A stretch of 64,000 nucleotides of DNA from Lama glama (lineage: Eukaryota), in assembly GCA_028534125.1 (NCBI GenBank), contig CM052832.1:23934001-23998000 (forward strand). The letters are read 5' to 3'. Of the stretch, positions 51,025-64,000 are shown piece after piece. Below the pieces are notes generated by a model. The model saw only the letters and a list, made by a program, of their open reading frames with translations, made no database searches and was not told the origin of the DNA. Made by a program: the position numbers and the translations under genes. How positions within the stretch are numbered: the first letter of the stretch is position 1; each line of letters begins with the position of its first letter.

Positions 51025-51430
51025 GTGAAATCTGAAAAAGACAAATTCACAGAAACGGAGGGTAGAGTGGTGGTCACCAGGAGTTGAGGAGTAGGGGATG
51101 GGGAGACATCGCTCCAAGGGTGTAAACTTGGTGTTATAAGGTTAACAAGTTTGGGTATCTAATGGACAGCTTGGTGATTATAGGTAATAATTCTGTATCA
51201 TATACTTGAATGTTGCTGAGAGAGGACATCCTGAATGTTCTCAGCACAAAACAGAAATGTAACTGCACGAAGGGATGGAGGTGGTAACTAATACTATTAT
51301 GGTAATCATCTTGCAACTGGTAAGTGTATCAGATCAACATGGCGTATACCTTAAACTTACACAATATTATGTGTCAGTTATATCTCAATAAAGCTGGGAA
51401 CATTTTTTTGAACAAAACCAAAAAAAAAAA
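51025..51430 (+). mobile_element. LINE-1 3'UTR fragment (L1MA/MB-like)
   Basis: cacagaaacggagggtagagtggtggtcaccagg...ccttaaacttacacaatattatgtgtcagttatatctcaataaagctgg plus A tail. Confidence 0.85.
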
Positions 51431-52294
51431 ACCCGCAAATATCTCTGCTATCAGATATGGCCAAGGCTACCAATTTAGGGGCTCTAATATTAGAGACTAT
51501 AGCTGTAGGATCTACAGCTACATTCATGTCAGTGAAGCAAGCAGTGGACTCCAAAAATAGTAGCTTAAACAAGATACAAGTTTCTGCCTTACTGCTCCTT
51601 AAACCTGAGAGGGGAGAGGAGTCGACTTGGAGATCTTGAAGTGTGTTTCCTTGAGTTGAAGGGAAAAATAGTGGATGATGCCTGGTGATTCGTATTTGAA
51701 CAGTCTAAGGGCAGGAAGCTGTGACCATCTGCCCAGAGTGGCAGAGCAGAGAGAAAGAGAATTACACGGGAAGCAAACAGCACTTTGCAATTCTCTGTGT
51801 GTGCCTGTATGTTACCAAGTGTGTCTGAAAAAGTTATGGAGACTGTCTGAGGCAGAACTAGGTCAGAGCAGGTTTGGACAAGTAGTGGGGATGGGGAAAA
51901 AACACTTATGTCTTTAGCTCATTCAATAAGGCAGTTACACACTCACACACATCTACACACACACACACACACAGAAGCACAAATGTATGTGGTTTTTCTT
52001 TTCTGAAACTTCTTTATAAAATTAAAGTGTCTTGGAGATTTTTTCTGGATCAGTATCAGCCTTATTCTTTTTCCCATCTGCATATTCAATTGTATGGATT
52101 GTATCTGGATTGTATGGATTTCTCTCATCTGCATATTCAATTGTGTCCGTTGCTCCTGACTTTGCCTACACATGAATACATCAGTGGGGTCACTAAAGTG
52201 GAATTGCTGTTACTCTGTGCACTTTGTATTTTGAAAGATGTTACCAAATTGCCCTCCAGATGGGTAATATAAATATACATGCCTGCCAGCAATG

Positions 52295-52450
52295 CATGCT
52301 GCAGAGTGTTGTCAGTGGGCCGGCAGGCATCACCCAGGAGCTTATTAGAAATGCAAATTCTCAGGCCCCACCCCAGACTTTACCCATCAGAATCTGCAAG
52401 TTAATCATATCTCCAGGTGGTTCCTATGCATGTAAGATCTAAGAAGTCAT
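52295..52450. mobile_element. MER5A-like hAT MITE
   Basis: gcatcacccaggagcttattagaaatgcaaattctcaggccccaccccagac...atcagaatctgca. Confidence 0.8.
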
Positions 52451-54309
52451 GTCCCCTCCTCACTGACAGCTGTCAATCTGACTGTCTCTTTAGGGTTTAA
52501 TTTTGTATTTCCTTTAGTGTAAGGTTGACAATCTTTTTATGTATTTAAGAGCCACTTGTAAGTCTTTATATAGTAAGGAAATGATCTCCATGTCTGTGAT
52601 ACGGGTTGCAGTTCTTTTTCTGTTCGATGGTTGTCTCGGATTTTTGTTTTCACTTTGTTGTGCAGAATTTGTAGTTTTCACATAGTTAAATGTATCTTTT
52701 TTGTAGTTTTTGTGTTCTGAGTCATAGAAAGTTCTTGCCACTGCATAATTACTTAAAATTATTTTGTTTTCTTTAATACTCTATGGTTTTATTGTTTACA
52801 TTTAAATACATTTTCTATCTGGAATTTATTTTTGTTCAAGGACTGTGATACGGATTTATTTCACTTTTTCCAGGTAGCTATCTACCTTCTTGTCCTCATA
52901 CTATATATTGAATAATTCAAAATTCCCCCATTTATTTGAAATATCACCTTAACATATACTAAATTTCCCTATGTGAACTCTATAAGTTACTTATTGTTTC
53001 ATGTCACCTTTTTTTTTTTAGAAATATAGTTGATTTACAATATTGTGTATGTTGCCTTTTGTTTAACCAAGATTCTCTACTGAACTGGTGAATATGTTCT
53101 CCCAGAGCTTTGCTTCTATTTTCCAGCACTATCTTCCAGATGACAACTGAAAAGATCAAAATGTATTTATTGCCTCATATCCAATTCCATCAGCATTAAT
53201 TCATCTGACGAGGAAATACAGGATAAAGGCTTACCCAGATTTACAGGTGCATTTTTTTCTCTTTGTTTCATTTCATTTTGTTTTAAATAACGCATTTAAA
53301 CAAAGAAGTAACTGATAGGGATAAGGAATTCTGGAATAGATCAGATTTTTAGAATTTATTATTTTAGACCACAGAAGCAATGGCTTGCTGTGCTTTCCAA
53401 GTCTTAGTTCTAAATGAGGAAACTAGACTTAAAGTCTCCTCTGCTCCCCAATTTTCTTAAGTTTTCAGAGCTGTTCATTGACCATCTAGCATTTTTTTCT
53501 GTTGCTGTCTTATCATCTTTATTGCCTTCTTACCTCTGATTCATTCATTTTTTTCCCCTTGAATCAAAATTAAAAGTACTTAAAATAAGTTTCTTGACAC
53601 ATTCTTTTTAGCATCTCTCCCTTTAAAGACAGCAGCAACCCTGATAACAAAACTATGAATTGGACCTCAAATATATCACTTAAAAATAGGAGTATTGGTT
53701 TTGACTGCATGGTTTGATCATATTCTCTTTAATTATGAAAGAGTTTTTTCCTCTGATGATATGGGATGAGGACACATTATGACCAGAAGAAGTCTGGTTC
53801 CTTGTGAGTCTCAAGGTGGTCCTACGAACACACTCGTGCAAGTGTCAGCAGATGACTTTGTGTGAAATGTAGGCAGTTTTCCACTAAGAAATGAAATTCT
53901 GGGAATTAAACTGACAATTCCTTCTTAAGGGCACCACACATTTTAGTCACATATTAGTTTGGAAGAAGAAACACCATTAAACTCAATAATAAGAGGGATT
54001 TGCTAAATTTCCTGTTTCCTAATCACGATAATTTTCCTCTTACCCATTTTGGAGCAATTTTAAATGCCCTCCTTTTATAAGACTTGCTTGAATTTTGCAA
54101 GCCTGCAATTTGAGGACAGTTGGTTGTTACAGATACTGTTAGCAACAAGCACATAGTAGCATAATGTACAGTGAATTGAAATCCATTTTCCTCTTTAAGA
54201 GCTCTGTGTGGTAATATTGTCACAGATCGTTGAGTAAAATCCATGAAAGGCTTATACCATATGGCTCTCATGGTCATCCCTGCTGGCTTAGTCTGGAAAT
54301 ACATAGCCT

Positions 54310-54800
54310 GAGACCAGGGTCAGCGCCTTAAAATTGAGCCCAAGAAATAGAAGGTGGGAAGGGGCACTGGGGAGAGTGAAACAGAGAGAAGGAAAAGCCA
54401 GTTCAAGAAAGCATGACTGAGTTGGTTACTCCTGTCATCAGTGGGGATCTTGCCCACTGTGGCCCCTCTGAGAAACCTTCTAGAATGTTCTTTGGGATCT
54501 TCCAAAGAAAAGGAGCAGGAGTATTTATTCCTTGACCCGACTTTTCGTTCTCAAGGATTATTCTGAAAGTGCTGACTCCTTCCCATCCCAGAGCTGTACA
54601 GTATGTGGCAGATTTTTTTGGCTGAGTGGTCTCTACAGACATCCCAGGTGGAGAGCTCCGGGCAGTCAGCAAGAGAAGGGCCACCCTGCTGAGGCTCCCC
54701 CGGAGGGCACCCAGCCACCTTGGCAACAGGCAGAACAAAAGGAGGTGCTGAGAGGGTGCAAAATGGGCATTAAGGTACCCCCCCCCAGCATCTGCACACC
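54310..54800 (-). mobile_element. Old ERVL-class LTR remnant (LTR16-like)
   Basis: Overall resemblance only (cccagggtcagcgcctt...gggaaggggcactgggg...aggagcaggagtattta). Confidence 0.45.
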
Positions 54801-56621
54801 AGGAAACCTATTTCTAAATGTAATCAATTTCCTGACTTTATCACCTGCTTTATCACTAGCTTTATCACATGCTCCTGGCATTGAATTTTGGGAGCAATGC
54901 AAATGACATTCTAACACCAGCAAGATGGTGAGTGACAGCACTGCTCCTTGTGGCTTCCATCCACAGCTCTCAGTGATCTGGGGCAGCATTTGCAGAATCC
55001 CGCAGGGAACAGCCCACCCCCACCCCCACCCTGAAACCCACCACCACCTTAGCCACTCCTTGGACTTTGGTAACAGCACAGACCATTTCTACCTACTCAC
55101 GCCTGCCAGGCCTCACTGCCACCAAAAGTAATCACGGCATGGGGAAATGAGCTCTGGGGTTTTGTGGTTACTGCCAGTGCCGGGAACGTGGCTAACACCA
55201 CAGTGGGAATCTGCACAGTCACCCAGATTCAGCAAACTCATGCCAAAACAACACATGTGTCACAAAGCTATTCTTATAGTCATCCGGTACATATTAGTCC
55301 AGCCTTTGCTAGATGATTGGCACCATTTCACAAAACTTTCTCTAGTGGCTTCAGATCATTTCCGAAATAGAGGAGAAATGATATCCTTATGTACAAATAG
55401 GTACACACAAATATAAACACACATGTGCCAAAAGCAGTCACGGTGCAAAGACTGTGACAACTGTCTCCCAAAATCCTCTTGGGTTGCCTTTGAAGACCCA
55501 AGTCAATGGGATATTTGATGAGGGGGGAAAAAAAAGGATCTGTGACCTTTTGGGAAGAGGTAAATTTTACTTTTCAGGGAGAATGGAAAGCAGGACCCAG
55601 ACTGATTCTGATCCTCAGAGAAACGGCGGTGAGCAGTCAGGTGTGGCCGGGCACACTTGCTCAGCAATGGGGCACGTGGGATGTGATTCTGACTGGGCTG
55701 CCCGGCTCACTTTTCAGCCCAGGCTCTCTGCTCCTCTCTGTTCTATGTAGCTGACAATCTCCACCTCTCAGTCTTCACAACTTGTTTGAAAGCATTTAGG
55801 AACACTGATGATATGCCAAGCACTAATTTAAGAATTTCACAAACAAGCACTCACTTAACTCTCATAAAAATAGCATGATGTCCATAATATTATCGCCCCT
55901 ATTTTCTAGATGTGGGAGCTGAGGCAGGAGGGGCTATGGAGCTGAATGCAACAAGTGAGGGCCGAGCTGGGACACAGTCTGTGCTCTCAACCCCTGGCTG
56001 CTCTCGGTGCTGTGCCCTTTTTTGTCTGCTGCTGAAGATGGATTCACTACTTCTCTCCTTTCCCTGATTTCCCCACGGTGTTTGATTCTAGCTCAACCTG
56101 GATGATTCTCTAATTGTTTTGCGTTTTGGCCTTGTTTCCTCAACTGGATGGTGAGACAGCCACAGGTAACGGCAGACGCTTTGCAGGTCACTGTAATTGT
56201 CAAACAGAATCCGAAGGGTATGAACCCTCGGGGTCTCCAGGTAGTCATTCAGAGCTCGTTAACTCCACTTAGAATCTTAGCCAGCTGAGGCGCCTCACTT
56301 CATGTAGAGAAAAGATGATCAGCCGGAAATCAGAAGTGGGGAGGTTGTAAGAGGCAAACACACCAACGGTAGGGGGCGCAATGGAGAGTGACCAAGAGTG
56401 CGGCGGCAAAAGACAGGCAGAAACGGCCGTGTTGCTGCATCAGAAAAGTCACCTCGTCCCGCAAGGAAAACTTAAATGACAGTATATCTCTTTTTAGGGG
56501 ATTAAAGGAGATCCACCCTATCACGAGACAGTCACGATACAGTAATAAATAGGCTGGGGAAATTTACTGCCTTTTACAGAAAGGCGGGTGTTTAATAACT
56601 AAGCATAAGAGTGCAGTTTCA

Positions 56622-56696
56622 GGGGGATGGCGCGGCTTGGTGGCAGAGCGCATGCGCGAGGCCTTGGGTTCAGTCCCCAGTACCTTCATTAAAAAA
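56622..56696 (+). mobile_element. tRNA-derived SINE, internally deleted and GC-shifted copy
   Basis: GGGTTCAGTCCCCAGTACCTTC plus A tail; flanking near-TSD TGCAGTTTC (56612-56620) and TGCAATTTC (56701-56709). Confidence 0.8.
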
Positions 56697-59600
56697 CCCC
56701 TGCAATTTCTCTACTCTGTTGAGAAGCAAAGTTAAAGCATAAAAGCCATACCTGCTATAAGCCAGGCATTAATTGTGTTATTCCCAATCCTCCCTACAGC
56801 CATTGGAGGTGGATACTATTATTCCTAATTTTATGGTAAGAGACTAAAGTGCAGAGACATCAAGTCATTTATTTGCTCAAGGTCACAGCCCCAGTAAGTT
56901 GCGGACACAGGAATCTAGCGCACTTCTGATCAAGTTCAAACCCTCGCTCGCGGCTGCGCTGTAGAATAGAAAGCGGGTGGGTAAACGACAGGCAGAGTGA
57001 TGGGCGGATAAAATGATCCAGGGAAAGGCTGTGAAGGAGGGTGACCAAGGGCTGTTCTTTTAGTGGAGGGAGCTGAGATACCTTGATGGAGAGTAACACT
57101 GGACTTTATATGTCCTGCTTCTCTATTTTTTTAGGGAAATTGAGAAGGCGAGAGATGATCCAGGTGTCAAAAATTCAGCAGGAGTAGGTGTACTGTGAAG
57201 AGCTGTTTGGTGCTCTCTACAGGGTTGGGAGCTCTCACCGCTGCTCTGTGTGGAAACCTAACCAAGGCTGAGCTTAGAAATGCAGCCAGGGAGTGTACCG
57301 GTAGCCCGGGGGAGGGGGGGGGAGGTTTAAAGAAGAGCCCAGAGAAGAGAGAAGGGATTTTGCATTCAGCCTTGGCTGAGAAACAAAACAAGTATTTGGA
57401 AGCAAACATGTATGACAACGAATTCACTCAGCAGCTTGATCTTTCTGGTCCATTTCAGCTGGGCTGCCGGGCAGAGGTGAGCTCTCCGGGTGCTGGAAAA
57501 TGGGGATTAGAACAGCTTCAGCTCCTTTAGAAACGAACATAACCAATCTCTGACTCCAAGTCTTTAGAATACAAAATCCCGCCCTTAGAAAATAAGCAGC
57601 CATTGATAAACTCGCGGTAAATCTTGTCAAGCTGGCAAGAAACACAAGGGCTCCCTGGCTGCGGGTGGGGGGAGGCAGTGGCTGAGTGTGTTTGGACCAT
57701 ATTCCTCCTTTCAAAGGCCCCTCAGCCAGCTGGAGGCTTTACGAGGGCCCCCACTCGGGCCAGCCAGCAGGGAGTTAAAGTAATCTAATTTTAATTATGT
57801 GACAAAGGCAGGAAGAATCATTTAAAGGTCTGTCAGAGGGAAAAATGGCTCCAGTCTGCCAGGGCTCCTTAGATGGGATAAAGAAACCCATGGGCGAAAT
57901 GCTGGGGTTTGGGGCTTAAAAAATAAAACTCACGTAGTAATCAGATTGCACGCTATTGAAACAGAAACGGGCAGTGAGGGGACATCCACAGCTCCATCAA
58001 ATAAAGACAAAGGCGACTAAGACGCAGCCGGCTGCATGACGGTAATTCTAAATGGTTATTGGGGTGAAATCATCTTAAAAATCAGGTGAATATCCTCCCC
58101 TTTCTCTAAAGCCAAAGGAGAGCACCTTTCTGTGGATAGTAGCAAAAAATAAATGGTTCAAAAAGCACTTTCAAATACATTACCCAATAGGGGTTTCCAA
58201 AACATTATCTCATCAGGTCTTTAAGGAAAGTTCTTAGTTTTAAGTTAAAAGGGTTGATTTTGAGATCTCATCTGTTTTAATGTACCCCTGGCTATTGTTT
58301 ATGTAACAGTGAAAAGAAATGTCCTTTTGACTGGATGCTGTATTCTGTAGCACTACTTTGAAATCCTGAGAGCCTAGAGCCCAGAGGTCAATTTTTCTTT
58401 GAAGCACCCGGCCTTGACAAAAAGACCCCGGAAAATTGGAGGCAGCCTAGTGCTGTGGAAAGTCTTCAGGATCTATTGAATAAATGAGAAGGCAGTGTTG
58501 AAATCATTAAGCAGATTAAGACTTGTGGCTTCATCCAAAGTATTGCCATGCCTTTCTCCAAGTCAGCACAGAATTCTGCCCAGGAAGGACTCCAGAAGTG
58601 CAGTAGGGTTTACTGAGAAGTTGGTCACAAAAGGCACTAGTCCGGAAATCAGTGGGGACCTCAGAGATACAAAATTATCTTTCCTCACCACGTTCATATC
58701 TCATCTGTCTTTGCAGCTCCCATCAAGTGGGAAGGTAACCTTTCTGAGTTGATTTCTAAAGAAGTATCATAGTCTTTCCTCCCTGTGCACAGTTTTCCAG
58801 TAAGAAGAATAGGAGAATCACTTCCCCATTTTCCCCAGGGACCGTGTGAGTCAGGGTAAGGCTAGGTGATGCTTCAGTAACAAAGTTCAAATTCTCAGTA
58901 GTTTAATGTAACAAAAAATGTGTTGTTGATTGTCACAGGCTGAGACACCCAGCTTTTCTTATGTCTACTTTTGAAAACTGGTCTTCTCCTCTTCCTGAGG
59001 CCTGGAGGTCTACCCTGAAACCAGTTCTGTTGGGTTCCAGCAAAAGCAGATTCCATCTTTTTTGAGTCAACCTAAGTCCCAGACAACTTCTTTAACGCCA
59101 CTTTCCCCCTCATTTGGCTTGGATCTCTGAAAATTCACAGCTCTTGGATTCCCAGTCTCTGTTCTTCATCTGCTATCAGAGACTCACTAATTCTGTGGTA
59201 GAACCCTCTGATATCCACTTTGTACTGTCTGCCCAGTCTGCTTCCTGTCTCTGCCACCTCCATACCCCCACATAGCGAGGTACATCCCTCCAGGGCCTTT
59301 TCTCACCCTACAGATGGGCAGAAACTAGCTCTACTTTTAGGTCTCGGTCCTTCCTGGTCAGCCTTGTGCTGCTGTAGTTAAGACAGAGAAATCACAGTCA
59401 TCCCTGGAGGTAGGCCAAACTTCTTCGTACCTGTCTTTTCTTCTTACCACTTTCTTCATTCAAATCACAGAGTTTTAGAATTCTAGAGCAGGAGGGGGAC
59501 TTCAAGTCAAACTAGAACCCCCTCCCCTCACCAGAGTTTTACAGACAAGAAAATCTGTGTCCCTTCGCCACATTTCCACATCAGTGCCCATTTGAATTCT

Positions 59601-62089
59601 GGAAACAAGATTTCTCTTCCTATTGGTAAAATGACTTCCCCATGCTTCCACTCAAAACATACTTTCTCTAAAAACAAAAAGTCGATGGCAAACAACAACA
59701 ACTAGTTTTATATCCCAGAAATTGGCTAGTGGGTAAAACTGGGTGGGGTGTGGTAGAAATAAGTCCCTGTGTTCCTCCTATAGTAAGAGAAAAATAAACC
59801 TATTTCCAAATTATTTGAATACAGTCATGTATTTGTATGCTCTTTGTGTTTTCCACTGAGCAGCACTGACAGCTTAATAATGGCAAAACAACATAACCAT
59901 TTTCCTGCGACACTATTAGAAAGAGGGAGCGTGTTTCAGAGACAAGGATAATACAAGTGTGGGACTGTGTCTTCCAGAGCCTCATCTAGCTGTTGTAGCA
60001 ATCTCAGCAAGCAGCACGTACTTGCATCCAGATTAACGGAGGTGCGTGACGGGCAAGATGGCGCCAGTAGGCGGGGGGTGCCAGGCCCACAACGGGGGTC
60101 CTTGCCTTGAACCTTGATTTTCTAGCTCTGGAGGCCAGAGATGAGCTCAATGTGTAATCGACAGGCAGGGGTATTCTTTCATTGACGGAGAAAAGAGTTT
60201 ATTTAATTTAGCTTTTAAAATGATGATTTAAAATAGGCTTACACTCTGTCATTAACCTGTCACAGAGCCCAGGGTCTTCACTCTGCTTGAGACCTGTGTT
60301 ATCTCCTCCAAGTCTCAACCCCTTGAGCAGTGTGCTGTATACAATGGGTACTCCATAAATGCAATTTTAATTACAGATGTGTATACCCAACACATTCATA
60401 TCCTCTGTCACTCTTGAGACTGTCTCAATTTATTAACTTTACACCACATAAATTGAGTGACTATTACATGTGTAGCCCTGTATCAGGCCTTGAAGACACA
60501 AAGTCATACACACATCCTAGATCTCAAGGGTACCAATAAATAAATCTATAATCATTTTAAAATGTATTAAGTGGAGTGGTTAGTACCTCTTAAAACATTC
60601 TGTTTCAAATTCAGAGAGAAAATAATTATACCATTCACTAAGAGTCTTTATCAGTAAACTTTTTTTTTTCCTTAAACGTTTTATTCTTTATTCCAGGCTT
60701 TAACTTGAGGGAGTCAAAATAATTTCCCCTAAGACAGCCTCCTCCATCGTGCCCCACGCTGGCCCCTTTTGTTATTTTTAAGCTATAGACGCAAAGAAGC
60801 ACAGCCATGTAGAGCTGGAAGGAAGGTTGGCTCCATATCCCTTTCCAATCTTCTCTTTGAAATGTGTGTCATGTTACTCTCCATTCTGTTATATATATTG
60901 CACAGCTGTTCAAGTTCTGAACATGAGGAAGGTCACTGGCATAAACAGGGAACGTGCTCCCAAGACTTTTGCAAGTGAGGGAGCTGATGCTTTGAGTACC
61001 GGTCACCATCGCTAAGATGGAGATTTACTGTTCCCCTCGTTCTTTAGTCACTGCCAATGGGAAACGTGAGGGAGGAAGCTGGGAGAGGACTCTGAGAAGT
61101 GAATTCCTTTACCATGTCCTAAAACCGGTTTGGTGTTTCCAAGGTTCAGGTCCTTGGAAATAGCTTGGAAAAAAGTTCTGAATAAGTAAATTTGTGTAAT
61201 GCCCTCAGTGGTACTCAGGCCCATCTCCCAGTATGATTGACTGACTTTAAGAGAGAAGAAAAACCTAATCCAAGGTGTTCTTCACCCATAGTGAGGTCTT
61301 TGACTATGTCTTCAGAAGCCTGGCATGTGGTCAGGTTGGCTAAGTACAGTTAAGGTATGTATTTATTTCACCTATATTTGTAACTACCATGTTTTAGAAA
61401 CACTAATTAATTTTTCTTACTCCAGAATATATCTTATATTTAATGTATGAATGATAGGAATAACTTTCTTAACATTGGAGCCTGTACATAGGAAAATTCA
61501 CAATGGAAAATTGTAGCATATTTGACCACGCAATTAGAAAGAGCATTCATTTATTTATTTTTTTCAACACATATTTAAAGAACTCCCATTTTGTGACTGG
61601 CTCCGTGCTCAGGGCTCAAGGCCCTGCTAAATAAGCTTGATCATTATATCTCTGTATGTTGAAAAATAAAATAAAAACACAACACAAATATAGTAGGAAA
61701 AATGCTCTTATGAAAATGACAAATTGCTCTTACATTTACTATGTAACATTTAGTAGAATATAATTTGTGACACTGATACTATGCCAGGCTACGTTATTAA
61801 AACATGAAAAAGCTGACAAGATAATAAATTAATGGGTTAAAATCTAAATCGAAATAGGAACCAAGCACTTAAAACACTTGTGCCCTGAGGGCATTTGCTG
61901 AGCCAGGTAAATGTAGGCTTTCGTTTTGACAGTTTTCTGATGCTACAGGGACAGATGCCAAAGGCAGGATTCCCCTAAGGTAGGGAGACTCCTAGGAGCT
62001 TCTCATTCTGTTATGGCTAAATTTCCTGCCCATGCCCCCGACCTCCAGATTCATATGCTGAAGCCCTAGCCCCCAACATGGTTCTCCAC

Positions 62090-63242
62090 CTCCCTCACAC
62101 TCTATTCATTCCTTGTCTCTTTTGCAAATTCCTCCTCTTCTCCTCAAAGCCTTAATGTTAGGGTTCATCGGGGGAACACTTGGATCCTCTCTTCTTGTTT
62201 TTATGTACATACACCTCCTTGGTAATCTCATCGAGACTGTTAACTTAAAATACCATCCATATCCTGAGAACTCCTAAATTTACGTTGCTAGCCTGGACTT
62301 CTCTCCCAATGTCAAGATCCAACTACCTGGTTGACAGAGCTACTTGGCTGTCTAGTAGAAACCTCAAACTCAACATGTACCAAAATGAATGTGGGATTTT
62401 AAATGCTCATTAGCCATTCTTCCAACCTCACATGCAAAAAAAAATTTGGAGATAGTTTTAATTTTCCCCCCACCCCAACATTTAATCCATCAGAAAATCC
62501 TGTGGTCTCAGCCTTCAGAACATGTCCAGAATCTAAACTCTTCTCACCGTCTCCACTGTTATCACCCTTGCCTGAACCATCACCACCTCACACCTGGATT
62601 ATTTTAATAGTCTTCCCTGTTTCCATGCTTGCTGTCTTACGGTCTACTCCCAACATAGCTGCCAGAGTGGTCCCTTTAAGGTACAAGTCAGATCGTTTCA
62701 GACCTCTGCTCAAAACCCTCAGTGCCTCCCCATTTCACCCAGAGAATCCCAAATCGATCAATAGTCTACTGAACCCTACATGGTCTAGCCCTTTAGCTTT
62801 CTTGACCACCTCACCTACTGGTCCTCCCATTGCTACTCCAGTTCAGCTGCACTGGCCAGTTTACCCTTATTCTTGCTCTTCCCTATTCCAGATATCCACA
62901 CGGCTAATGACCCTTATCTATTTTAACTCTTTTCTTAGCTGTTATCTTTTCAACAAGTCCTGTTCTTATCATCTTATTCATTCCACTGCACCTTCCCTAC
63001 CTATCCCTGGCTCTCCCCTCCTCCACCTTCAGCTCCATTTTTCTTTATTCCATAGCTCTTTTCATCTTCTAACACACTGAGTAAGACTTATCAACTATGT
63101 TTAGTTATTCTTTTCTGTCTCTCCCTGCTAAAATTTATGCTCCAGGAGGGTAAGCATCCTGGTTTGTTTTGTTGATGTGGAACTATGCCTGGCACATTGT
63201 AAGTGCTCAATAAATATTTGCTAAGAGAATGAATGAATGAAA
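62090..63242 (+). mobile_element. L2 LINE 3' region
   Basis: Pyrimidine-rich L2 body (cagccttcagaacatgtccagaatc...ctgctcaaaaccctcagtg) ending gcctggcacattgtaagtgctcaataaatatttg...(GAAT)n. Confidence 0.85.
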
Positions 63243-63249
63243 TATGTAA

Positions 63250-64000
63250 ATTTCTACAAAAATCAAATCCATTAATATTTTAAAATGGCAGTACATTATG
63301 ACCAAGTTATGTTTGTCTTAGGAATACAAGGTAATTTAACATTAGCAGAGTCAACTGCAGTAATCCACCACATTAAATTCTTACAAGAGATTCATCGTAT
63401 TTTCTTGATGGGGTAAAAAAACCCCACAGGTTTGATAAAATTCTGCATCCACTCATAATAATAATAATATAAAAGATATTTTTAGAAAATTATGAATAGA
63501 AAGAGACTTTCTTACATTCATCTGAGTATCTAAAAAAATCTTAAAAAAAAAAAAGGAAACTTTCTCTTTGTTTAGGATCAAAGAGATCCACTATCACCAC
63601 TTACATTTACCAGAGATTCAAGTCAGAGTTAGACAAAAATAAATAAAGATATCAAGATTGAAAAATAAGAAATAAGCTGTCATTATTTGTAAATGATATG
63701 ACAGTGTCTGCATAAAATACAAAAGAATACACAGATAAATTATTAGAGTTAATAAAAGAGCTTATCAAGGTTGCTGGATACAAAATCAACATGAAACGTT
63801 TACTTGTATTTTGTGTGCTGGCTACAAATAACCAGAAAGTGAGGTAAGAAAAAGAATACTTTTATCATGAACACTAAGCACACCTGGGACTAAATCTAAC
63901 AACTGCTGTGCAAGAGATTTTTATGGAGAAAATAATAAAACTTTATTGAGCATTAAGGAGATTAAATAAATGGAGAGCTATACCATGTTTATGAATTGGA
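63250..64000 (+). mobile_element. Old L1 ORF2 remnant (runs off the window end)
   Basis: ataagctgtcattatttgtaaatgatatg...aaggttgctggatacaaaatcaac...aaataaatggagagctataccatgttt. Confidence 0.8.

Noticed and set aside
62403..63080. 225-aa ORF
   Set aside because: Lies wholly inside a decayed L2 element; pyrimidine-biased with no recognisable fold.

Overview
Mammalian genomic DNA, probably a camelid (inferred from the tRNA-derived SINE family and the young L1 3' ends). The only protein-coding gene I can support is RBM24 on the minus strand. It has four coding exons (23515-23682, 22313-22436, 20762-20816, 13837-14200) totalling 711 nt, which gives 236 aa plus stop. All introns are GT-AG, the 3'UTR runs about 1.8 kb to roughly 12050, and the promoter is a CpG island. 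The rest of the window is intronic or intergenic DNA rich in L1, L2, MIR, MaLR/ERVL LTR, Tigger, MER5 and tRNA-SINE remnants. Almost all other ORF-track entries are chance or repeat-derived ORFs. I found no unambiguous new biological system. The most interesting leads are at RBM24: (1) skipping the 55-nt exon 3 would switch the last exon into a fully open +1 frame, with Pro/Arg tracts replacing the poly-Ala tracts; (2) an in-frame, GTG-startable upstream extension would encode an RS-like segment; (3) there are candidate alternative first exons in intron 1; (4) the exon-2 acceptor is a UG repeat resembling the RBM24-family binding motif; (5) two spots show strong local A/T-to-G/C bias (exon 4 and a SINE at 56.6 kb). 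Repeat family names and boundaries are recognised by eye and are approximate.
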